From Macrostomum hystrix (taxonomy: Eukaryota > Animalia > Platyhelminthes), in the NCBI GenBank assembly GCA_950097015.1, contig CATNEN010000003.1:7564001-7628000 (forward strand): DNA of 64,000 bases, given 5' to 3'. Below the pieces are notes generated by a model, which was not told the DNA's origin, made no database searches, and was given only the letters and a program-made list of their open reading frames with translations. This document shows positions 50,547 to 62,417 of this stretch, piece after piece (positions within the stretch are counted from its first letter, which is position 1; every line of letters begins with the position of its first letter). The translations under genes were made by a program, and so were the position numbers.

Positions 50547-50791
50547 CAAGCACACGAAACTCAAGAACACGGGCCAACTTTTTGTTGCGCATCTTCTGAA
50601 GCAAGAAACAAGTCGCCAGCTCTTCAGACCGTCGAGATATTCAATGTTTCTGGCCGAAGGTCCGATTTTTCCCATAAGAGCTAGTGTATTTCATACACCC
50701 CTATACACGAATTAGCACTAGCTGCGCCTCAGTGCGGCCTTTCCAGACCTTCAAACTTTATCAGCATGTCACCCGAATGTGCCTGCATCAT
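50547..50791 (+). repeat. About 240-bp dispersed repeat, copy 2 (see 34750-34986)
   Basis: Direct sequence match. Confidence 0.8.
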
Positions 50792-51432
50792 CTCCGTCTT
50801 TGGTGGTCACCTACCTTTATCTAGACGGACTACGGGACCTTCAAATAGAAAAAAATGTGGAAATAGGCCACTCTGGACACCCGGACGCGAATTTCTAAAG
50901 TTTCACTGCTGAAGCCTAAATATTAGGTGCAGCTCAACTACAGTACACCATCGCCTAGTCTGTCATCTAATCAGTCACCACCCTACGCGGTTAGCTTTCA
51001 GGCGCTGCCAAAAATGTTCTCAGTTGGGGAAACCCCCCTTGGTATAAAAACGGGCGGCAAAATGGCTTGGTAGTCCTACTGTTAATTGGGCTAATTTTAG
51101 CGAGCTACTCAATCCGCAAACATTGCTTTCTAGGAAGAATTGCCAACAGCAAGGAAGATAACATGCGCATAGAAATAGAAAACGGCGATAGCTCGTAATA
51201 TAAACGCCAGTAAAAAGCGAAACAGATAGGCAACTATCCTGAAACAACGTTAATTCAGTGCAGATTTTTCTAGTTTCTATAACAGAAAATCCTTTTTGGT
51301 GGTTCCATCCATGGGAGTTTCTGTGTTTTCCATAACGAATTCTTTAATATTTCCTTTCAGCTGTTTCCACAACAACAACAAAAACAATAAATGAATCAAT
51401 GTATAAGCTTTCAATGTAGAAATGCGCACGGT

Positions 51433-51760
51433 GGGGGTGAGTGGCAAAGCCATTAACGCATTTGCTTCTCGCACCAAGGTCCCTGAGCTCGATTCCTCGG
51501 TAAGGCCACATTCATTTGGGGCGCAGCTACGGAGAGAAGGCTTGGGGGCTTGTCGTGCAATTTACTCCCTTGAGGGCCAACCTCCAAGGCACAGTGAAGT
51601 GTACACTGCCTGACGATGAGAAAGTCAGGGCAGATGTACACACTTGTGTGAGCGTGTGTCTGCCTACGGTATCTGCGTGCGTGTGTGCTCAGGAGTCAAC
51701 GAAATGAACATAATTGCGTCCCCGCTGGCTGTGTATTGCCTCCTGCAACTATAATTATAA
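51433..51760 (+). mobile_element. SINE family A copy
   Basis: Runs from gggggtgagtggcaaagccattaacgc to cctcctgcaactataattataat. Confidence 0.85.
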
Positions 51761-51769
51761 TTAAGCGCA

Positions 51770-53290
51770 CAGTCACAGGGTCTGCTCGAGAACAAAGGCC
51801 GAACCTTCGGCAGAGTCCAGGGTGCCAGCGTTCCAGGGTGCAGTCAGGCTGTCAGCACTGACTCGCGCGGATGACGTGGCCTGCCACCTGGAGTGTCTGA
51901 CGACGCAGCAATTCACTTGGACGGGTCAGGCCGGCGCGAAGATAGCGGAGACTGGTACAGCGCAGCCTCTGGCGACTAGGTAGGGGCCTCGGACTGCAGG
52001 ACCGCCCTTATAGAACGACAAGCAGCCGAGCCGAGACCATGGCGACGGTATTAGCGGACGGTAGAGTGGATCGCGTAGTTCGGCGGCGCAGATCTGACCG
52101 CAGAGCGACCGCGTGATGGTGTGGCAGCGTGGTGGCGCTTCCGAAAGCGAACAAGCACGCGGTCGAGCCTTTGCATTTCAAACCAGTCGTATGCATTCCG
52201 CCGCCTCCATTCGCAGTACACGAAAGTCGCGAGCCTGCTGGGTGGCTTGATGAAGCGGTTGTTGCCGACACTACATCCTGCCTCTTTAGGAATTCCTTAA
52301 AAACTTGGGCATAGCCGTGATCATCGGGCGTCACAAAAAGCGACTGTTCGGACCCACTTTAACTGCCGAACCGTCTCCTGCACGCGAGGAGAAAGCTGCT
52401 CGAAGAAACCCTGAGCCTCATCTGGGCGTGTGGCAGGGAGCGCGAAAGCACAGAACAGGCGAGCATTCTGGCCGCGAAGCCGAAGAGCAGCGATAGCTCT
52501 GCTGCAGTCTCGCGCCTGTCAGCGCTCCGACTTTTCCTCGGTCTCGTTGATCCGCTGAGGTGTTCGTAGCGTCTCTAGAGTGTCCAAATGGAGCCCAGGT
52601 CCTCACAGTGAAGTACAGGCTCGGGGCTCTAACAGATAACTCCTAAAGTTTGTCGAGTTCACAGCTGAGGTCGAAAGCTAACTTCGCCAGCAGCCCTCTC
52701 CACACTGTTTCCTCCCTCTTTACCCCGTACGCACCCACCCTTATTTTTATTTTTACCCAAGAGCCCTATCTTAAAACGAAAACAAGCACAACACAACGAA
52801 GTGCGCTGTCTTGATTGTACAACGTCAGAGGGCTGCATCAAGGCCTGGGCGTGAATTTGCGCGAGACTGCCGGCAGTGTCCGGGGCGCCGGCGTCGGTTG
52901 GCAGACAATCTATGTAACGCCGAGTGCACGCATGCAGTGTGAGCAGCAGCACCTCCTGCATAGATTGTGGGCAGTACGCTTCGGAGCGGATGCGGTGGCT
53001 AGTCAGCTGGAGTGATGGCGCCGCAAAGCCGGACGATCCAGCGATAGACTGCCGCCGTAGCTGATGCAGTCGTGGCCGACTTAAAAGGCAGCGCGCAGCA
53101 AGCCAGCGTGCACAGCATCGATTAGAAATTTCGAAGGCAGGGCAAGCCGGCTGCAACGCTTCAGATCTCTTTTTTGGTTTTTTTCGCTGCATGGCGATCG
53201 CGGCGCAAACCAGCTGTTTTGGCACGTTGTACGCGCAGAACACCAGTGAGAATGTTGAATTTTTAATCACGCATTCTGTCATGTGCATGC
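51770..53290 (-). mobile_element. Highly degenerate GC-rich block, probably a remnant of the same RTE-like LINE family as 24.3-25.2 kb
   Basis: SLVFCAYNVPKQLVCAAIAM parallels PLVLRGYNVPEQLIFAIVAL at 24.65 kb. GC-rich island in AT-rich surroundings. Confidence 0.5.
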
Positions 53291-53934
53291 TTCATACTAC
53301 TGTTTCATTGAGTAGTATTGTAAAGACACTCAATTTAACAATTATTTTTTTCAATAAAAACGTGGACTAACGCGAAAGTTCTTTTTAACCAGTCAAAAGC
53401 CATGTACCTGTATCTTTGCATATTGAGTCCTAGTAAACAAACTAATGTGAAACCAAGATTTGACAAACTAATTGAAGCTGGCTTCAAATATTCAGTTGAA
53501 GATGTACGAAGATGTACGAACATCAATCTTACATCCCAGTATGTAAGATAACAGTATAACAGTATAATAGACGGACGGCAAAAACCCTGTCATTTGAACC
53601 TCAATTGCAAAACACAAAGATTTAAAGCGCTAAAATGTTCAAAAGGGACCTAATTGTTTTACAGTCGCCTATACCACAGGTATGTCCGAAAGGAAAATAT
53701 ATCCTTTAATACAAAATCTCTAAAATGTCTTAGTAAGCCAGTGTAGTTAAATACCTTGTAAATGGCAGTAATCAGGCATCTACGAGCTTATTAAACAAGC
53801 TTTTAATTCGTACCATAAGGGCTAGCGGTGAACTAACACTTCCACCACAGCGAACAAACACCAGACAAATACTTTGTTTTGTTAGGTAATTAAATTTGAG
53901 TTTTTATTTAACTGCTAGTGGTTGTTTGTAGCTA

Positions 53935-54250
53935 GGGAGGTTGTAGCCTAGTGGTTAGGCCGTCGGACTCACGACTTGAAGGTCGGGGGTTCGGTTCCCG
54001 TCTCCACTGGAACAATTTGTGTCCTTTAGCAAGACACTTAACTCTGCATTGCTTCAGTTCACCCAGCTGTTAAATGGGTACCAGCATTAGCTGGGATAAT
54101 TGAAGGTGGGTGTGGCGTGCCCCCAGTCCATGGACTGAACAGCCGTACGCAGCCTTCAGATGCGCCGCGCATTAGCTGCGGCTGTGCTGTCGTCTGCACG
54201 CTTGGCCCGATTGGGGCAGGTGTAATCAATTATTAATTATTATTAATAAC
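53935..54250 (+). mobile_element. SINE family C: tRNA head + CORE (MIR-like) domain, best-preserved copy
   Basis: A-box TAGCCTAGTGG and B-box-like GGTTCGGTTCC. GTGTCCTTTAGCAAGACACTTAACTCTGCATTGCTTCAGTTCACCCAGCTGTTAAATGGG resembles the MIR CORE consensus as recalled. (ATT)n-like tail. Confidence 0.8.
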
Positions 54251-54509
54251 TGCTAACTGACTGCTTCAGTGAGGCTATGTATTTATAAAAAATGAAAATT
54301 TGAACTGTAGTTAAACAAAAACTGATGTATCGTTCAATGCTTCAATACATTTAAGAAGTAAGATAGGCTTACACAACAAGTAGTAATTGCATAGTTTTGT
54401 ATATATAAAGAGAAAATATAAGAGTTAGGACAGATGTACAGCTCACCACTGTAGGTATCTTAAAAGCGCTTGCAGAATTTCTACCTAGCAGATGTTGTAA
54501 GCAGCAGTA

Positions 54510-54632
54510 GGTTAAACTCAAGGACTAGAGTGTTGTAAGTGTCTTGCTCAAGGCAAAATTTTGTTTCCTTTGAGGTGAATTTCGAACTCCTGACCTTTCA
54601 GTCGGAAATTCGAAGCTGTACCCGATTAGGCC
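54510..54632 (-). mobile_element. CORE-type SINE remnant
   Basis: taagtgtcttgctcaagg...ttcgaactcctgacctt. Confidence 0.5.
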
Positions 54633-54809
54633 CCAAGTTCACTGTTTAAATAAAAAGCTTGATAAAGTTTTCAATTAGCACGGTGTACTTTTCCATATTG
54701 TATATTGGAGGGGTAAAATATTAATCTTAAAACATAAGCACGCATAAAATATCTAAAGAACTGAAATTATTTGAGCGAATGAGATTCTAATTACAGCTGA
54801 AGAGCATTG

Positions 54810-55904
54810 TTACTGAGGTCCGCTGAGCTTCATGAACTTGCTGCCGCTCTCCCGATAGACGCTGCTGAAGCCGGTCGGAATGCTGGCGAACTGAAACTGC
54901 CAGCAGCTGTTGTTGAGGCTCGAGTAGAGAGCAAACAGACAGAACAGTCGGTTCGAGCACTGAGCAATGCAATCGATGTCCGACCTCACGACCAGCGGCT
55001 CAGAGACCAACTGGCTGGAGTTTGACCCTGCTGAGAAGACGGGTTCCACGAGGCTGAACTCAACGAATGTCGGCTGCTGAGGTGTCGCTGGAACAAAAGC
55101 GTTGAAGCCAGATTTCATGTTTGATTTTACAATCAGACAGCTCACGAATGCTGCCTTGTGTTTTTTGCACTCACCCACGAATGTGTCAACTTCACAAATG
55201 CACAGTACTGTTTCACTCGTCGGGATGCCAGAAATGACCATATAGAAGGCCAGATATCGGCCCAGTCTGGGAGAGGAGCAGACGAAGTTCAGCGGATTCT
55301 GACTCGCTGTGGGCACGAGGTCCCAAAACACGCACAAGTCGAAGAGGTTCTTGTTGAAATTAGTCCAGACAGAGGAGACCGAACTCACTCCTGAAATCAA
55401 ATGGAGGAACGAGGAGAAAGTTCATTTGAGCAAATGTCAATCAAATTAGAGGTAGCCCTTGTCCATGCAGCTCAACTCACCAATGCCAACTTGAGTAAAT
55501 CTGCTAGAGCAGCAGTTGATGCGATTCCAGAATCGAACTCCGTACACCATGTAGCTCCGCTCAAGGTCCAGCATCCACCAGGGCAGAGCGTCTCCTCCGG
55601 CTGTGTGAATGCACTGCACTCCAGAGGTGTAGGTTCCATTAGTGACGCCGTTATTTGCAATCATAGCATTATCATGCAGTTCACTCCACTTTGAAGACAT
55701 TTTCGCGGGCTTGTTCTTGGCCAATAGAAATGCCTGATCACCTGCGTTTGGGAAAAGCTATTTCGTCAATTGTGCTAGATGGGTCAGGAATTCGTTTGAA
55801 AGAGTAAAGAATTTAAAATTTTACTTACCAAAGTTAGGTTGAATAAAGACGCAGAGAAGTGTAAAGGTGTTGACAAGTAGGATATTATTCATTTTGGTTT
55901 CCAT
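54810..55904 (-). CDS. Secreted F-type lectin + PAN protein, copy F; exons 55904-55829, 55741-55481, 55390-55175, 55087-54810 (276 aa)
   Basis: Signal-like METKMNNILLVNTFTLLCVFIQPNFG. CIHTAGGDALPWWMLDL...NRINCCSSRF. Splice sites intact. Confidence 0.88.
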
Positions 55905-56892
55905 TTTGACCGCTTGTTGAAATCTTTCTTTGGTTAGTTAAAATGAATTAAAAAGAATGTAGAGACTGCTGCAATAATGGAATGTTGGAGATCTTTCGCC
56001 ATTGGCTCCTGTTTAATCTCAGGATTATAGTTTGTTGAGTCCTTGTTAAACAAAAGTACTTGAACTGTATCAAATAAGCTACTGCATATTTTCTGGTATT
56101 TTCCGGTTCCAGCTGCAGCTCATGTGTCAGTTGACAGAAACAGCAATGTACGCAAAATTGGCGATATAACTTTGTCAATTTTATCGCGAAGCATCTATTT
56201 TAGCCTTCCTGATTGGAAAAAAGGCTGAAACGAGAGGCAGTTTCTAACTCATATTTCATGCCCGGAATGCCTGAAAAAATACTTCAATTCTTCCCATCGT
56301 TATCTGCAAAAAGAAGAAACTTTTTGAGTGTACGGCATTTAAACTCAGGTTAAAATAGCATGAGTAAAGCTTAAAGGCAAATAAGCAATTAAATTTTCGT
56401 AAAAAAGCTTAGCGCAACTGCAACGAAAGTGTAAGTAATGAGTTTATCGGCAACGTTAAATTCATTGCTCAAATATATATTTCTTCTGGATAGGTTTTTA
56501 CCAGTTTTATTTAGCTTGTCATGCGAGTGGGACAACAAAAGTTACAAGTCTCAAATTCCACCAATATAGTGTGCGTCAGCCCTAACACAAGAATCTCTAG
56601 GAGAATAAAAATCATTCTACTAGGACGAAAAATACCTCTTTGAGTTTGCAGGTCACTAAAAGTACAATTTTTACCCTGCGATTCAAATTTTAAACTGAGT
56701 GAATGTTTGGACAAAGAAGTATATGTTGCGGTAGAAATGGAATCTTTACACTGTACATATGAACCACCAGTGATAAATTCTCCCCGTTTAATCAAATGTG
56801 TTTGGAAACATTTCACAACAATCCATAATTGTTATAACTCTTATAAATCTTATAACTCTTTCTCCTATTATTATAACAGCTGATGAGCACTG

Positions 56893-58082
56893 TTACTGTG
56901 GCCCGCTGAGCTTCATGAACTTACTGCCGCTCTCCCGATAGACGCTGCTGAAGCCGGTTGGAATGCTGGCGAACTGAAACTGCCAGCAGCTGTTGTTGAG
57001 GCTCGAGTAGAGAGCAAACAGACAGAACAGTCGGTTCGAGCACTGAGCAATGCAATCGATGTCCGACCTCACGACCAGCGGCTCAGAGACCAACTGGCTG
57101 GTGTTTGATCCTGCTGAGAAGACGGGTTCCACGAGGCTGAACTCAACGAATGTCGGCTGCTGAGGTGGCGCTGGAACAAAAGCGTTGCCAATGCCTTGAT
57201 TTTACAAGCCTTTATGACCAAAATTGTTTTTAAATTAATTACTCTACCAATTTGTGACTAAGATAATCTTAAAATGCTGCGAAACAAGAAGGTCAAGTCA
57301 AGTAAAAAAATATTAAAATATGTTTTGCGTTATGACTTGTGTACCTATTTTACGCTACTTAGGTAAAAAAAAAATTTTTCACTTACCCACGAATATGTCA
57401 ATCTCGCAGAAATGAAACAAAGTGTTTGCCGATGGTAGCCCTGTAAAGCTCTTGTACATAGTCAGGTATCGACCTAGTGTGGAAGGCGAGCAAGCCAATG
57501 CGATCGGATTCTCGCTGTCTGTTGGCATCGGGTCCCAGTATGCACATAGGCTGAATAGATTCTTGTTGAAAGTAGACCAAACGGATGAGTCCATTGTCAC
57601 TCCTGAAATTGAAGTATTGGAACTCAAAAACTGTACTCGAAGAGGCCAAAATATTGTTTTCTTTGTCTATGAGTCGCATTCGAATGATGGCATTTACAAC
57701 AAAAGAAGAATGAATTGGGTCGCAGAGAATTTATGCATCGTAAAAGGAATTATGACAAACAAATGACCTTTGGCCATTGCCATCAAATGCAGCCAATGAC
57801 TTTCTAATAGTTTGGATCGCTCACCAACGCTTATTTTATTAAACCTGCTAGAGCAGCAGTCGATGCGATTCCAGACTCGAACTCCGTGCACCAGGTAGCT
57901 CTGCTCAAGGTCCAGCATCCACCAGGGCAGTGCGTCTCCTCCGGCTGTGTGAATGCACTGCACTCCAGATGTGAAGGTTCCACTAGTGATGCCGTTATTT
58001 GCTATCATAGCATTTTCAAGTACACTCCACTTTGAAGACATTTTCGCCGGCTTGTTCTTGGCCAATAGAAATGCCTGATCAC
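56893..58082 (-). CDS. F-type lectin + PAN copy G; exons 58082-57825, 57602-57387, 57170-56893; no intact signal exon found
   Basis: CIHTAGGDALPWWMLDL...NRIDCCSSRF, TLGRYLTMY, FHFCEIDIF; PAN exon as in copies D-F. A candidate exon 1 at about 58774-58825 looks frameshifted. Confidence 0.75.
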
Positions 58083-58149
58083 CTTGAAATTAAGTTTCAA
58101 GTCGGTGCCTTAATTGTATTGTCCCTCTAGTGGTGCTGCCTGGGCATGG

Positions 58150-58415
58150 GTTGTGCGTCACGTGGGTGAGCTCGATTCCGCGTCGAGGCCACATTAATTT
58201 GAGTTGCTTGTTAGCTTGTTGTGCTATTTCAATGCGTCATCTTGGGCCAACCACCAAGGCAAAGGGAAAGTGTACATTTCCTGACGATTAAACATTTTTG
58301 TAGCAGATTTACACGTTTTTGTGAGTGTGAGCCCAGCGTACAGTACGTGTTGGGGTGCGTTCGCAGGAGTCAGCGAAACGGACAGAATCACGTCCCCGCT
58401 GGCTACTGGTCTAGT
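58150..58415 (+). mobile_element. SINE family A, degenerate copy
   Basis: gagctcgattccgcgtcgaggccacatt...caggagtcagcgaaa...gctggct..ggtctag. Confidence 0.7.
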
Positions 58416-58939
58416 TTTCCTCTTCTAATTTTAAAAGCTCCTGCAGTTAGCTTATTTGAAGAAAAATACTAGTAATTAATTAGCCGTTGGTTATGAACAA
58501 AGCAAAACGTACCAAGCGTCGGTATAATCAGAGCAATCATCAGTACACTGATTGTCTGAATTAAGATTCCAGAATCGAGTTTTTCCATTGCTGCGTTAGC
58601 TAGGAAACAGAAGTATTTTGTCCGTTTTGAACGTTTGTGTCCGATCTAGAGAATTCTAGCAGAAAGCTAGTATGCAGAATAAGAATATTGTGAGTTTTTA
58701 AGTACTTTTTTAAGTTTATTGCTTCTGATTGGCTAGAAAAAGTAGGAGCTGTTTTACTCGTAAAATAACTTACAGCTAAATTTTGCAAAGTCGCAAAGCA
58801 CAAGTTTTCACAAGCCTTATCATTTCATTAACCCTAACGAAACCAAAAAAGGCGCTAACACATATAAACCCTACATTTCAGAAACCCATGTTTTCGCACA
58901 ACTTCGAAAACGCCAGTTTTCACAGCCCTGGCTTCTGAC

Positions 58940-59630
58940 TATGAATGTGACTGGTATTGATGGGGTATGAATACGATCAGTAAGATAACCGTCTCCTTAT
59001 ATTTTGCAGTCATACAAATAGGCATATATGGCCAATTTCTATCAAAACCGTGCATGCGTTACAACAGAGGAACGGCTGCCTCCTCAATGGGTGGTCTGTC
59101 TGCTCTAAGTCGACATGATCCCGTCCGGCCAATATACACAGCAGGAGCGACTTTCTTATGGATCGCATACATCCACTGACAGCTGCCACACTGTGCCAAG
59201 CGACACGCCATGACAACTGAGTTTTTGAGACTATTGATCTCAAAAACCATTGTGAGCTGAGCTTGCAGCGCAGTAGGTCTTGGGGGGTTCTTGAAGCGTT
59301 GAGCAAACGGAATTCAACTCTTTGATGCATGTCCGTAAAAATGCAAAAAAATGCTCACACAGCTGGGCCATTGTTCATCTAGACTCACTTCCTTCCTTAT
59401 TAGACTGGGCTTAGCAACAAGCGCGTCTCTACTCTACAGTCGTTTTAGCACGGCAGCAACAAGAAGGTTCTATCTAGCCGCACGAACCTCTTAGAAGTAA
59501 CTATAAGTGCGCTTCTGCAAAAAAGTTTTTTCCACAGCATGCAATTAACCATCTTTGTTAATTAAAGTTCCACGCGTAGTCGAAAAGTTTACCAGTGCAC
59601 AGGCAACATCCCCAAGCCAAATAATGCCAA
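58940..59630 (-). mobile_element. Possible Penelope-like element remnant (GIY-YIG endonuclease fragment)
   Basis: SVVMACRLAQCGSC...PAVYIGRTGSCRL, followed across frameshifts by KIKETVI...P.IN, resembles the Penelope GIY-YIG pattern. Confidence 0.45.
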
Positions 59631-59631
59631 C

Positions 59632-61790
59632 TACAACACATCAACCAAGGCAGTGACAACACATCAACCAAGGCAGTGACAACACATCAACCAAGGCAGT
59701 GACAACACATCAACCAAGGCAGTAACAACACATCAACCAAGGCAGTGACAACACATCAACCAAGGCAGTGACAACACATCAACCAAGGCAGTGACAACAC
59801 ATCAACCAAGGCAGTGACAACACATCAACCAAGGCAGTAACAACACATCAACCAAGGCAGTAACAACACATCAACCAAGGCAGTGACAACACATCAACCA
59901 AGGCAGTAACAACACATCAACCAAGGCAGTGACAACACATCAACCAAGGCAGTAACAACACATCAACCAAGGCAGTGACAACACATCAACCAAGGCAGTG
60001 ACAACACATCAACCAAGGCAGTAACAACACATCAACCAAGGCAGTGACAACACATCAACCAAGGCAGTAACAACACATCAACCAAGGCAGTAACAACACA
60101 TCAACCAAGGCAGTAACAACACATCAACCAAGGCAGTAACAACACATCAACCAAGGCAGTGACAACACATCAACCAAGGCAGTAACAACACATCAACCAA
60201 GGCAGTGACAACACATCAACCAAGGCAGTAACAACACATCAACCAAGACAGTGACAACACATCAACCAAGGCAGTGACAACACATCAACCAAGGCAGTAA
60301 CAACACATCAACCAAGGCAGTAACAACACATCAACCAAGGCAGTAACAACACATCAACCAAGGCAGTAACAACACATCAACCAAGGCAGTAACAACACAT
60401 CAACCAAGGCAGTAACAACACATCAACCAAGGCAGTAACAACACATCAACCAAGGCAGTAACAACACATCAACCAAGGCAGTAACAACACATCAACCAAG
60501 GCAGTAACAACACATCAACCAAGGCAGTAAAAACACATCAACCAAGGCAGTAAAAACACATCAACCAAGGCAGTGACAACACATCAACCAAGGCAGTGAC
60601 AACACATCAACCAAGGCAGTGACAACACATCAACCAAGGCAGTAACAACACATCAACCAAGGCAGTAACAACACATCAACCAAGGCAGTAACAACACATC
60701 AACCAAGGCAGTAACAACACATCAACCAAGGCAGTAACAACACATCAACCAAGGCAGTAACAACACATCAACCAAGGCAGTAACAACACATCAACCAAGG
60801 CAGTGACAACACATCAACCAAGGCAGTAACAACACATCAACCAAGGCAGTAACAACACATCAACCAAGGCAGTAACAACACATCAACCAAGGCAGTAACA
60901 ACACATCAACCAAGGCAGTAACAACACATCAACCAAGGCAGTAACAACACATCAACCAAGGCAGTAACAACACATCAACCAAGGCAGTAACAACACATCA
61001 ATCAAGACATTAACAACACATCAATCAAGACATTAACAACACATCTATCTATCTTTTTGCAGGGGGGGCCCGGGGCACTTGTCGCACAAGCGACGGAGCG
61101 GCACGCCCCCAGACCGGCGAACTAGGCGCTTAGCGCCCATCGCGCCTCCACTGAGCAGGCACCACACACAGCAGCACAGACCAGCCGGGGAGGGCAGGAG
61201 GCACCCAGAATAGGCAGCAGTGCCCCCCACCCCAAGCCCCACACGCACAGAGCAGACCAAGCCGGGGCGGAAGGCTGATAAGAAATCAGTCCTCAGGGGG
61301 GGCGGGTGATGAGTGTACACTTATCCAATCGCGCTGACGGAAGTCCAGAAAGCGCGCGGCGGTGTACACCCGCCCCCCAGCCACCCCCGCAAGGCCTCAC
61401 GCCCCAGCGCCAACGCACACAACTCACAACGCAGAACAGGCACACAGAAGGTAGGAGCGAAGCTATTATTTCAAGCTTTGATTGCACGAAATATGGTGCA
61501 CCTCCGCCGGTCGCTACTGTCCAAACCCTCCAACAGGTCCCGAAATTAATCGTGACTTGAAGGGAGAATCGAACTAGCGTCCATTGGAGTGCGAGGCAGC
61601 GACGCTAGCCGCTGACCCACTCGCCCACACTAACAACACATCAACCAAGACATTAACAACACATCAATCAAGACATTAACAAATCAATCAAGACATTAAC
61701 AACACATCAATCAAGGCAGTAACAAAAGATCAATCAAGACATATTGACAACACACCAATCAAGACATTAAAAGCATATCAAGCAAGACAT
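59632..61790. repeat. 23-bp minisatellite (CAACACATCAACCAAGGCAGT[A/G]A), interrupted by SINE-B
   Basis: Directly visible tandem units. Confidence 0.96.
61046..61626 (-). mobile_element. SINE family B, copy 3
   Basis: Nearly identical to 28975-29571. Flanked by ACA(T/C)TAACAACACATC. (AGAT)n tail. Confidence 0.88.
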
Positions 61791-62417
61791 TCATAACACT
61801 TTATCCCTTAAAAACAGAACTAAGAATCGCTCCTTGAAATGTTTTAGCAAGCGAGTTTTTATCATTCTGCGTTGCAGAATTTTTCACATATGTTTGTACA
61901 TCAATAATGTTATAATTATTTAATCGAAGATTTTTTAAATTGTATAGACAGTGCCAGATAAAAGTTTTTCAAAAAGTCTAAAATACAGCTAAACTTTTGC
62001 TGTCGACTGTCACAAATGTCAGAGAGTCCGTGCTCAGTTTATCGCTACGTAATAATCATACCAGTCAATAATTGACAGAGTTTAGCTTTAAAATAAATTT
62101 CAATCAACCATTTCTACGAGCCGTATCAATCAATATGGAGTGTTAGTGAAATACATTTGATGTGATGTAGTCTGCTGAGCAGCCTCCAGGCAATATGTGG
62201 AGTCAGCGCTGCCCTAGTGCTGTGGGAGGGCTTGGGAGTAGGAAGTCTGCGGGTACCCGTGCACACTCACCTCCGCTCGCCACTGACTGCGCACTGACTT
62301 CTCAGGTGTGGAATCGTCTAGACTATGGAGCTGAGAAGTTTACTTAAGTTTCTGTTGGTAAGGACTCAATTTCACTGGTTTGCGGCTGTGGAAAATGACC
62401 GACTATTTCCTTTGCAG

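Noticed and set aside
53935-54010. tRNA genes at SINE heads
   Set aside because: Acceptor stems do not pair convincingly, and the heads continue into repeated SINE bodies.
58905-58942. Possible decayed Penelope hammerhead (minus strand AGAAGCCAG...CTGGCG)
   Set aside because: The catalytic core motifs CUGANGA and GAAA are absent.
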